A stretch of 64,000 nucleotides of DNA, taken from NCBI GenBank assembly GCA_051294375.1, contig CM119263.1, positions 24,223,657 to 24,287,656 on the forward strand. The letters are read 5' to 3'. Positions 47,601-58,700 of this stretch are shown one piece after another (within the stretch, counting starts at the first letter, position 1; each line of letters begins with the position of its first letter). Below the pieces are notes generated by a model. The model did not search any database. It had not been told where the DNA came from and worked only from the letters and a program-made list of their open reading frames with translations. Position numbers and translations under genes: made by a program. Source of the DNA: Paraspadella gotoi (Eukaryota > Animalia > Chaetognatha).

Positions 47601-49868
47601 TATATCAATAATCACTGTCTCTTCATTGGTGAGACCGACTTCCGAACACAACAGCAACAACAACAATTTCAGGTGACATGCCTCAACCTGGCGATGGACT
47701 TTCCGCCAATAACTTATCAGGCAACATGCCTCAACTTGGTGACGCACTTTCCACCAACAACAATTCACTGAAGAGACGCAACAGACTTCTCCCTACGGGA
47801 GGGGGAATGTATGGTGGACTGAAATCCACCAACCGTTCATCAGCGGCCATTGGTGCCGGAGGCAAGTCATTCGCCTCCCAACCCAAAGGTCCGGGGTTCT
47901 AGCCCGGTGGTCGTCTGGCAGTTAAGAGGGACGGGGCGCTTAACCCGCCTGTAACATGGTGTTACAGCCTGATCCGAAGCTCAGGGACTGCTTATATAGA
48001 ACGGTTCTGTCATTAACATATATCAATAATCACTGTCTCTTCAATTTTCACAATAAAAGCGTCATGCTTTATCCAAAAGCTTCTCAGAGTATAATTCTAT
48101 CTCGTTCATCGAAAAGAAAACAAGAATATAAAAAAATTACAAATAAATGGTATGAGTAAACCCTTTAACTATGCCTCGAGTTATAATTTAAGTTATTAGT
48201 TCCCACCTTTCATAATCGTGCATAAGATGCGCGAAATATACGAGATCCTCCAAAGCGCCATGAGAGGCAATCAAGGTGTAGATTGTGCTTTTATTATGAT
48301 CCAGACATTCCTAAATGGTATTTCGCGTCAGCGATCCACCTTTCAAACGGACAAAAGCCTAAGGGTCAAACAAATTCCCTATACCTTCAATTTCGACGAG
48401 GACAAGAACTTTTGAAACTCCTCTCTGATGTTTTTGATCTTTTCTTCGAGAGAGTCGTCGAAGGCCCCTCGATCTCGAAGTTTTCCCATCGAATCCAAGT
48501 AAATTTCTATCAACCAGGTCGTCAGCATCGTAATTTGTGTTTTCTCGTTGGATTTCATCGCTGAATAAAGAATGAATAAGTTTAGATGAAAATGTCAGAA
48601 TGAACTTTCAATTCCTCAAGTACCTCCTAATTTTTTCATCAAGAACTTTTTCAACGCCTCAGTTTCGTTTAATTTTATAAACTTTAGCGTGATATCTTCA
48701 AAGGACTTCCCGGTAGTAAGCGCGTACACCTAAAAACACAAAAGGATGCCAATGATATCTTTAAAACATACACCGTTGCCAGTTATGAACCTCGGCGGCT
48801 TCTGTATATTTCTTTTGGGCGTATAAATGATCGGCCTCCTTGCAGTAAATCATATCTAATTCCGCCGGATTGTTTTTGTCGCAATATTCTTTGGCAATCT
48901 TGAATTCGTTAGAGTCAAGGTAAACGCGCCAGATGTCCCTTTAAATATGAAAATTTTGGGAAATCATTAACTATAAATTATAATGACATTATAAAACCAA
49001 CGACAAAAATAACACGAAAATAGTTAAAAAATAAAGGTAACCGACCTTGACTCGCGAATTACTTTGTACTTGAAAACAGCTTGATTAGTGAAACACCAAA
49101 TAAGTCCTTTCATCGGATCGCGCCACAATCCGAGCGGCTTGCCGAGTCGTTCTGCGGGTACAGATAATGCACTGACACGTTTCGAACGGGGGAACAAAAA
49201 AAGTATTTGAATAAACTTCCGAGGCCGACCTGTGTAGGCATCGTCGTAGACGCATTCCTCGTTGAGACGGCAAAAAGCCTTGAGGCGATCCGGATAAAGA
49301 ACGAGAACATGAAACTCGGTGAGGACAATGTTAACGGGTTTTACACCTTGTTCCATTCCGTTGTTGTAGTGAATTAGCTTAGTCTCCGCAACAACTGGGG
49401 AAAAACGAAGAAAAATAAAATATTGAAGAGACAGTAATGATTGTTGTGAATAAGTGACAGTACCGTTCAATATAAGCAGTCCCTGAGTTTCGGATCAGGC
49501 TGTAACACCGTATTACAGGCGAGTTAAGCGCCCCATCCCTCTTAACTGCGAGGCGAGTTATTCCAACAGAAGAAAATTAATAAAAAAATCTTATCGCTCA
49601 ATATTTATCCGAAAAAAAAATTCTTAAAAGCATAAGGAATTAAGGATCGTCGCAATCGCATAAGAAAAATCTGGATTGACGACAAATTTTGATACTAAAA
49701 AAAATCAAATTTGAGAGAAGAAAATTAATTTATAAACAGAAAGAATAAAGAAAGAATAGAAAGGAAAGAAAGAATAGAAAGGAAAGGAAAGAAAGAATAG
49801 AAGGAAAGAAAGAATAGAAGGAAAGAAAGAATAGAAAGGAGTTTTTAGATTTTTTAAAAGAAAGAGAG

Positions 49869-49927
<59 letters not shown>

Positions 49928-51952
49928 ACCAGCCGCTGCAGAGCTAAACTTGTTTTTGGATGAATCAGAAAAGGCAGCGACAGAAAAAAAAAGAGCGACA
50001 TATAATTGAAAAAAAAAATCGTATATTCGTTAGTTAAAATGTAAAAGGAATTCAAAAACAAATACTTGTATTAATATGAAACATGTTATTTTAAAAGATC
50101 TCGATCATGAGAAGCCATATCTAATTTTTTAGCTTCCTACAATTGCATACTTTTACAATATCCAATAGTAAAAAAGTGTGACGACGACGTCACTAAGAAG
50201 CAAAAGTAAACTTAAATCTCGCCAAAGATAAAGAAATATCCCAATTATATTCATAGTAAACATTAAAAACCACCCTCGAACTGTACCGGCGTCAAAAGGA
50301 GACGGCGTAGAGGGAACTTCCAGGTCCCCGAAAAAAATACCCGGACCGGCCATCCACGCGAACACAGACTTTTCGCCCTTAGGAACTGTCCGTACATTGG
50401 TCAGTACAAGTTGTGATCGACCGAATTCACCTGGCAATCTGCAAAAGACGAGTATCGTAGATAATGTGAAGAAATATAAAGATGAAGAAACATCACCTTT
50501 GAAACACTCACTCTAAAAACCGTTGATTAGTTTGTTCGTAGTGTCTGAACAGATGCTCTTTGAAAACTGGACGTTCGACGGAGGAGGGAATACTGCCGAT
50601 AAACTGATAAAGTCGACTAGGCGTCGTTGCCAGGACAAAATAGTGCTACAAAAGTGAAAAAGATCAAGTAAAATCGGGAGGCAACGCATTGTCTTTTTTT
50701 TTTCGACTAAATCGCCACCTGATCGAACTTGGTGTCTCTCCGGATTTTCTGCACGTGCAATCCGCTCACCGGCAGCTGACGCTCGCTGTTTTTGCACAAA
50801 TCAAAGACCTGAAGAATGAGAACCGATAAAAAGAGAACAAAAATCTCCCGTTTTCTGGAAGGGCAAACGATTAGGTATGTATATACTTGGTCAACAGAGT
50901 GCTCGACGCCGCTCGCGAAAATCCCTCGGTCCTCCTTGACTTCAATGTAAGACTCGAGAATCAAGCCTTTGGCCGTGCCAAGCAGAATTTCTCCCGTCGT
51001 CGTGATAGAGAAGGACTGGTTTTGGACAAACGAAAATCGAACTGGCCAAATATTAACGGGAAAATTTGAATGACGAATTGTCTTACGTCGGTATTCCACC
51101 CAACAGACTCGATGAGATGCCCTTTGAGTTTGCTCAGGGATCGAAGTTTTTTGGCAGTTTTGGAAATGTAAAATACTTCGGCGGAGGCCATGGAAATGAG
51201 GCAGTGATTTCCGGAAGCGTCTGAGATAAGAAGATGAAATGATGAGTTCCCTGTGGCGGTATATTCACACCGAATCACCAACTTCATCCAGTCAATCCTA
51301 ATGGATCAGAGGGGGAACCCACCATCCCAACTTTGTGTTCTAACCACAGACCTCGGGACTTCCCCCTCTGTATTGACAAAGCGAGACCATCCAGGGTAAC
51401 CGCGCCACTGCCAGGCGGCGCCACTCAGGGTCGGAAGCCTTTAAAGGGGACAGTGACAGCAATCCGGCTGTTGCTATATCGCAAATATTATCCGTCAAAA
51501 ATTTAAATAGTTATCTACCAACCCAGGAAGAGATTATGAACTCTGTCGTCGACGGATTTGGTGATTTCAATCTCCTCCGGTTGATCGGGTTTGTTGTGCA
51601 AATCGATTCTCAACAAGACGTTGGACGTCATTGTCAACACCAAATTGTTGCTGCAGACCCGAAGATGCGTGATTTGGTCCGGGGGTTTGAACTGTATGCG
51701 CTGCTTGCTAAACAAAGGCTTCGCAACAAAAGAAGTAGAATAGGGGGATAATTTATTATAAATAAAAGATGTTCACTCGCAGTCTTTCTTAGATACGATG
51801 TTTACTTGCTCATCCTGCACTTGAAGTTTGACAAAGCCCGACACGCCGACGGGCTGTTGAGGATTTGTGATCGCACCCGACGATGACGACTGATGAAACC
51901 CTGGGCTCTGACTCTTGGCCGCTTGTTCATATTGTTCCATAAGCGACGCCAT
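44686..51952 (-). CDS. VPS18: Vacuolar protein sorting-associated protein 18
   Basis: MASLMEQYEQ; KLKGHLIESVGWN; LTEFHVLVLY; YDLKYALRLC; LKIEDVLPFFPDFVTIDHFK; RING FYVFPCGHKFHSDC. Confidence 0.95.
46801..46837 (-). ncRNA. Minimal hammerhead motif in a VPS18 intron
   Basis: CTGATGA a GACTCT aaactac AGAGTC GAAA CATG TA, with a perfect 6-bp stem II and palindromic CATG. Stem I is poor. Confidence 0.6.
47425..47496 (+). promoter_or_regulatory. tRNA-derived segment / internal Pol III promoter in the LTR (repeated at ~47843-47914)
   Basis: A-box-like TGGTGCCGGAGG, anticodon-arm-like ttcgcctcccaac and B-box-like GGTTCTAGCCC, at tRNA spacing. Confidence 0.65.
47500..47573 (+). ncRNA. Type-P5 twister-like ribozyme in the 5' LTR
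   Basis: GCAGTT(P5) aa GAGG(P2') GA CGG(T1) GGCGCT T^AA CCC(P2) GC(T2) CTGTAACA-tgg-TGTTACAG(P3) CCTGA TCCGAAGC TCAGG(P4/L4) GACTGC(P5). Confidence 0.82.
47918..47991 (+). ncRNA. Type-P5 twister-like ribozyme in the 3' LTR
   Basis: Identical to 47500-47573. Confidence 0.82.
49424..49549 (-). mobile_element. Partial LTR of the 47.4 kb family with a mutated twister (49476-49549)
   Basis: It is the reverse complement of the LTR 3' half. L4 is TCCGAAAC (T2 broken) and T1 is TGG. Confidence 0.8.
51252..51478. mobile_element. Structured solo-LTR-like family B copy (TSD TCCC/TCGC)
   Basis: tccc|tgtggcggtatattc...ccggctgttgctata|tcgc. Confidence 0.75.
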
Positions 51953-52702
51953 TTTTTCATCAATGCATACCACAACTCCGATCGCTGTGTTAAACTTTTT
52001 TTGTCTTTAAAGAAATTATCATTTTTATTATTTTTCTGTTTCAAATTTAATAACAATAAATCCAGAGAAACGTAATCTCATGCGACTCGACCATCGCATT
52101 AACGAATAAAACCAAAATCCCAACAATACAAAATAACTACAGATAATAAACTGACATCAAAATAACCATATCAAAAATTAACTATACTAGCATCTACGTA
52201 TATTGCAGAAGGTACCTAATTTAAAAATTATTTCTCACCTCAAATTATATATATAATAATAATAATAATAAAATAATAATAATAATAGTCATTTACAAAT
52301 CAATTCAAATACTTTTAAAAGGCATACGCATTACGCAAGCCAATCTTAATTTCATTTTCGGTTGTTGTGAGGAGTAAAAATGCAAATAAAGCTATAATAT
52401 AATGTAATACATACTATGTATAAAAATTTGTGGATATGTAAATTATTTTTTTTTAAATATTAGCCTGAAAAATATTATCTGCGCCAGTCGACAGAATTGG
52501 ACCCTGCCATTTTTTCATGAAGTAACAAATCGATAAGAATTTTACTGTTTAATAATTATCCTGCTACAGCTACACTACTCCCTAGTTTTCGTCTTAATCG
52601 ACGTTTTAATATTTTTTCCTCTTTTTTTTCAACAGCATTTCAAATTAAGCACGTCATTAAAAATGAAAATTCAAAGTCAGAAACAAAGAAGTGTTGATCG
52701 AA

Positions 52703-55700
52703 TCAGGCTCTTTTAGCAATTGGAAGAACTTCGTGAGTTTGGTCAGAGGCGAAGTTCCAGACCTCGCGGAAACGAGCTATGTCGACGCGGGTTACCATGC
52801 CAACTACGAAATTTTGATTGTCCGTGATAGTCACGTGGCGAAGACCGAGGGCGCGAAACAAAGAAAACAGTCGCGGCAATGTGGCTCCTGGAAGATGAAA
52901 TATTTCACTAAATAATATCAACCGATTCAAGACAAAGACTTCTTAATCTTACGATAGTTCATGTGATATGGTGAGTCGTTCATATAAGCGCGAAAGTCTA
53001 TATGGCAGCCCAGGAGTGATTCGGGAATGTCGAGAGTTTCGATGTCGGGGTACCGCGGATAAGCATCTCTGAAGTCTTCGCATCGCAATGGAGGTAAATG
53101 GGGATGAGAAGTCTGGGAATGCTGAGAGTAAAGCGAGTGGTGCGACGGTTGAGAACGAATGGTGTGATGAAAGTTAGGACGGTGACCGGAGGTAGAAGGG
53201 ATCAAGTTGGGGTTCAGGCTGTCAGCATACGATTCGTGTTCCAGGGACGAAGCGTTTTCGAGAAAGTGAAGCCGTTTCAGCAAAACGATTATCTGCGATC
53301 GATTAACGAATCCAACCAGACGTCTAATAATACAAAAGGAGGAAAAGTGTGACATATGAAAGTAGCTCACTCAACGGATTTCTCCGACTCGGCTAACCCG
53401 AATCTCTTGAGCTTTTTCCGCGGCACGGCGCCCTCCGCAGCGTGGGCTTCGTATGTTTCCATGCCCACAGCGTCTACCATGTCAGGATCAAAGTTGGTCA
53501 CGATGGGAAAACCGTTGTGCTTGTACATCTGTAGTTTTAATAAAACGATATTATGGCTTGTCGATTAGATGTACTTCCTTCTACAACTTCTTTACTTTGA
53601 GGTATTTCAAGATGACGGAGACTTTTTCGATGGGTCTGAATACCGTCACTGGGGTAGACATAACTTCTACCGCCCTTCTGTGGGTGGTTATGGGCGGCGC
53701 TTCCCACGCCAGCATGGGAACCTTTGCTAAACCAATATGTTCGTCGTAAATTCCTTCCGTAAATAAATCTCCAACCCACTTGGCCACCATCAGCACGATC
53801 ATTATTGGTAGACCGAATGATACGTTTCCTGTATAAACGTATCGTAAAATACATAATACGCAACATCAGTTTTGAATTAGCTCTTCATTGAGATACCTGT
53901 GGCTTCCATTAGAATAACAGTGAGAGAGATAGTCATCCGGACAACACCTCCAAGCTGAGCCGCAGCTCCTAATTTATGATAAATAGAAGATTAATTCACG
54001 CTTCAAAGTTAGACTGACGGTATATAACATAACCTACGTTCTTTTTACCTATGAGGGCGTATTTTCCAGGGTCCAGAACAGAAGCACTTTGAACAGAAAT
54101 AGAACTCGCCACATCTTTCATTAATCGACCGTACAAACGTCCCCAAGATGCGCCACATAACAGACTGAAAATAATTAAAAACTATAAACAACACTAGTAC
54201 AGAAGGCTTCATATAATAAAATGTGGTACACATTTTTGTGACCAGAACACGTTCCGAGGAAACTACTGGACCAAATTTATTGAAATTTAGTATGAACGAT
54301 CCCTATGTGAATATAAATAGAACTATCGAGGCAAATTTCAATATTTGACCCCTGAGCCGAGATATGGTCAAAATTTTTTTAAATTTGTTTCATTATTTTT
54401 GTTTTGAACAGTTGGATAGACGTTTACTTTCCTACAAAAACGTATTAATTACCACAGAAATATTAGTTAACCTTAATTTTCAGCTTAATGAACATCAGCA
54501 GTTCAAGTCAGTTTTGGAATAATTTAAAAAATTGGAAGTAAAATGATGAACCATGCATCTTCAAACTATTCTAGTTATTAAAATTTTTCAATTTAAGTTT
54601 TAAAATGTTTTTTTATATGTTTAAAACGTAAATGCACCTGATGCCACTAAAAAAATTTCAAAAAATGAAAAAAAACTTTAAGGTTTTTTTGGCCCCCCAG
54701 GGGTCCACCCCCAGGGTTCTGTATCTCCTGTCAGGGTTTGAATATTAAAATTCGCCAAGATAGTTCCATTTATATCGTCATTAAGACTCGGACAGACAAT
54801 AAAACTCGGATGATAACAATGATTCGATTGAGACATTGAGATTGGCTGCACACAAAATAAACGTAAGTAAATTGTTGACCCATGAAAATTTCTATAAAGC
54901 GGACCATCAATCATTTGGGTTCAGGTATATGAACTGCGGTTTTTAGATGCGCCGCGAGTAATCGCGGAGCAACTCTATATGTCACTTTTAGGTCGGTCAG
55001 TTGGTTGCTCGATGCTCATTTGTTAAGAAAAGAAAATCCTCAAATTTAAGTGACTACTATCGCCCTCTTCAGGAAATCCTAAAACTATTAAAAACAAAAG
55101 ACAGAATTCCGATGCAGTGCTGTCATAAATACATGGGCTAAGAAAGTTATTGTAGTCATATCATGTCACGTCATATCATATGTCACAAAAAATTTTCATG
55201 ATAAAGCAGTCACTGCGGCGCAACACATTTGAATTAACGTTCTTATTTTCTCTTTTCCCTCCCCCCCGTTTTTTTTACCATGGAATAAACAGACCCGACG
55301 GAACAGAGAGTCCGTAAGTCCACAAGGCCAGAAAAAAGTAAATCGCAAAGAAGATGCCAAGAGTATGGAGATCGTAAGAATCTAAAAGGAAAACAAAGTG
55401 AACCCGAGTCTTAGGAATCACATTTACGACCCAAGTACCTGATGAGTCATGAAAGAGTTTCCGGACGCTTTTCTCCGGGGTTTGAAGCAAAAGATTCGCC
55501 ACGGATGATACCTACAAAAAATATACAAGATAAATTCTGTTAGAAAATCGGACAAAATACCTCATACCTGCCCATCGTTGCAAAATCCTTGCACGGGATT
55601 CTCCATTTCTTGATCGGTGTATGGGTGGCAATCGTTGACAAAATATATGAAGAGAAAGAAAACGGAAGCAGAAACGCAAGCGACTAACACTGCTTCTGCC

Positions 55701-58700
55701 ACCTTCGTCCAGGGCCGGGTAATGTTGCAGAGTCGAAATTTCGTCAGCTAGTTCGAGGTAGAAAAGATTCTGAAAATGTCTAACATGTTGATAATAGCTT
55801 TTCTTACTTTAATATTGATAGCGTTGAATAATGCTCCAAGAAGTCCACCAATAACGCCGATCGGTATGAAGGTTAAAGGAATTTCCCAATACTAAATATT
55901 AAAATTCACATTTCACTGGTAGAGTGTTCGATGAAACAACAGAAGTAATGTAATTACATTGTTTAATACCTCGTAATTGAGATTGGTAAATGATCCAAAA
56001 TTAAGAAGACCTTGATACTGTAGCTCCCCAGGTCGATGATGGTAAAAACTGAAAAATACGTCAAGGAGTAAGAAAAACTCAATGAGTATGTACATGGTGA
56101 CACACGACAGCCCGCCGCTAAAAAAAATCGTCATTTGCAAACATTCGAAGATTTTTTTAATCTGAAAGATTTTTTTTGTAGTAAAAACCTAAATCATTTA
56201 TATATCCAAATTTCATATTGATTGTGTAGAGATATGTCCCCCTTTCCCCCCATTTATTTTATTTGCCTTTTGTTATTTACCGTTTCTGCCGATAGATGTC
56301 TTTTTCCTTTTCTTTAGGAGATTACACTCCTCCTTTCTTTTTTTACCAGATATATTAGACCCATTAGATACTTAGGACTTTTCCGCCCGTCACCAAACTG
56401 CCTTTTACGAGGCTTAGGACCCTTCACGTCACGTCACGTCACGTCACCCTTTCGATACCGTTTACAGACAGAGTCATTGTGGCCATAGAGCCCACTGTGA
56501 GACCACACTTCGGGACTCGTGGACTCGTGGACGCGCTCGTGGTCAGACTTTAGTTCCGTCATAGACTTGTGGACGGACTTGTGGTCCATTCCATTAATTG
56601 TACCGGCCGGTATGGGAGTTGGATAGAGAAGTGTTCGTTGGACGTCATTGTCAACACCAAATTGTTGCTGCAGACCCGAAGATGCGTGATTTGGTCCGGG
56701 GGTTTGAACTTGTATGCGCTGCTTGCTAAACAAAGGCTTCGCAACAAAAGAAGTAGAAATAGGGGATAATTTATTATAAATAAAAATGTTCACTCGCAGT
56801 CTTTCTTTAGATACGATGTTTACTTGCTCATCCTGCACTTGAAGTTTGACAAAGCCCGACACGCCGACGGGCTGTTGAGGATTTGTGATCGCACCCGACG
56901 ATGACGACTTGATGAAACCCTGGGCTCTGACTCTTGGCCGCTTGTTCATATTGTTCCATAAGGACGCCATTTTTTTCATCAATGCATACCCACAACTCCG
57001 ATCGCTGTGTTAAACTTTTTTTGTCTTTTAAAGAAATTATCATTTTTATTATTTTCTGTTTCAAATTTAATAACAATAAATCCAGCAGAAACGTAATCTC
57101 ATGCGACTCGACCATCGCATTAACGAATAAAACCAAAATCCCAACAATACAAAATAACTACAGATAATAAACTGACATCAAAATAACCATATCAAAAATT
57201 AACTATACTAGCATCTACGTATATTGCAGAAGGTACCTAATTTAAAAATTATTTCTCACCTCAAATTATATATATAATAATAATAATAATAAAATAATAA
57301 TAATAATAGTCATTTACAAATCAATTCAAATACTTTTAAAAGGCATACGCATTACGCAAGCCAATCTTAATTTCATTTTCGGTTGTTGTGAGGAGTAAAA
57401 ATGCAAATAAAGCTATAATATAATGTAATACATACTATGTATAAAAAATTTGTGGATATGTAATTATTTTTTTTTAAATATTAGCCTGAAAAATATTATC
57501 TGCGCCAGTCGACAGAATTGGACCCTGCCATTTTTCATGAAGTAACAAATCGATAAGAATTTTACTGTTTAATAATTATCCTGCTACAGCTACACTACTC
57601 CCTAGTTTTCGTCTTAATCGACGTTTTAATATTTTTTCCTCTTTTTTTTTCAACAGCATTTCAAATTAAGCACGTCATTAAAAATGAAAATTCAAAGTCA
57701 GAAACAAAGAAGTGTTGATCGAATCAGGGCTCTTTTAGCAATTGGAAGAACTTCGTGAGTTTGTCAGAGGCGAAGTTCCAGACCTCGCGGAAACGAGCTA
57801 TGTCGACGCGGGTTACCATGCCAACTACGAAATTTTTGATTGTCCGTGATAGTCACGTGGCGAAGACCGAGGGCGCGAAACAAAGAAAACAGTCGCGGCA
57901 ATGTGGCTCCTGGAAGATGAAATATTTCACTAAATAATATCAACCGATTCAAGACAAAGACTTCTTAATCTTACGATAGTTCATGTGATATGGTGAGTCG
58001 TTCATATAAGCGCAAAGTCTATATGGCAGCCCAGGAGTGATTCGGAATGTCGAGAGTTTCGATGTCGGGTACCGCGGATAAGCATCTCTGAAGTCTTCGC
58101 ATCGCAATGGAGGTAAATGGGGATGAGAAGTCTGGGAATGCTGAGAGTAAAGCGAGTGGTGCGACGGTTGAGAACGAATGGTGTGATGAAAGTTAGGACG
58201 GTGACCGGAGGTAGAAGGATCAAGTTGGGGTTCAGGCTGTCAGCATACGATTCGTGTTCCAGGGACGAAGCGTTTTCGAGAAAGTGAAGCCGTTTCAGCA
58301 AAACGATTATCTGCGATCGATTAACGAATCCAACCAGACGTCTAATAATACAAAAGGAGGAAAAGTGTGACATATGAAAGTAGCTCACTCAACGGATTTC
58401 TCCGACTCGGCTAACCCGAATCTCTGAGCTTTTTCCGCGGCACGGCGCCCTCCGCAGCGTGGCTTCGTATGTTTCCATGCCCACAGCGTCTACCATGTCA
58501 GATCAAAGTTGGTCACGATGGGAAAACCGTTGTGCTTGTACATCTGTAGTTTTAATAAAACGATATTATGGCTTGTCGATTAGATGTACTTCCTTCTACA
58601 ACTTCTTTACTTTGAGGTATTTCAAGATGACGGAGACTTTTTCGATGGGTCTGAATACCGTCACTGGGGTAGACATAACTTCTACCGCCCTTCTGTGGGT

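Larger units (their letters stand above)
47392..48043 (+). mobile_element. Miniature non-autonomous LTR element (TRIM/retrozyme-like)
   Basis: 234-bp LTRs at 47392-47625 and 47810-48043 with 3 differences seen; PBS-like TGGTGAGACCGAC at 47627; PPT GGGAGGGGGAA at 47797-47807; ATTT flanks both ends; no credible coding capacity. Confidence 0.88.

Noticed and set aside
47678-47902. 74-aa ORF inside the mini-LTR element
   Set aside because: It runs from the internal repeats into LTR2 and has no gag/pol similarity, so it is likely incidental.
55439-55458. CTGATGAGTCATGAAA hammerhead-like string
   Set aside because: It is the antisense of a CLCN7 exon and has no stem II or cleavage-site context.
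56365-56430. Twister-like TCCTAAGC/TCCTAAGT loops on the minus strand
   Set aside because: No consistent P2, P4 and T1/T2 pairing could be built, and the motif is absent from the related 26.5 kb copy.
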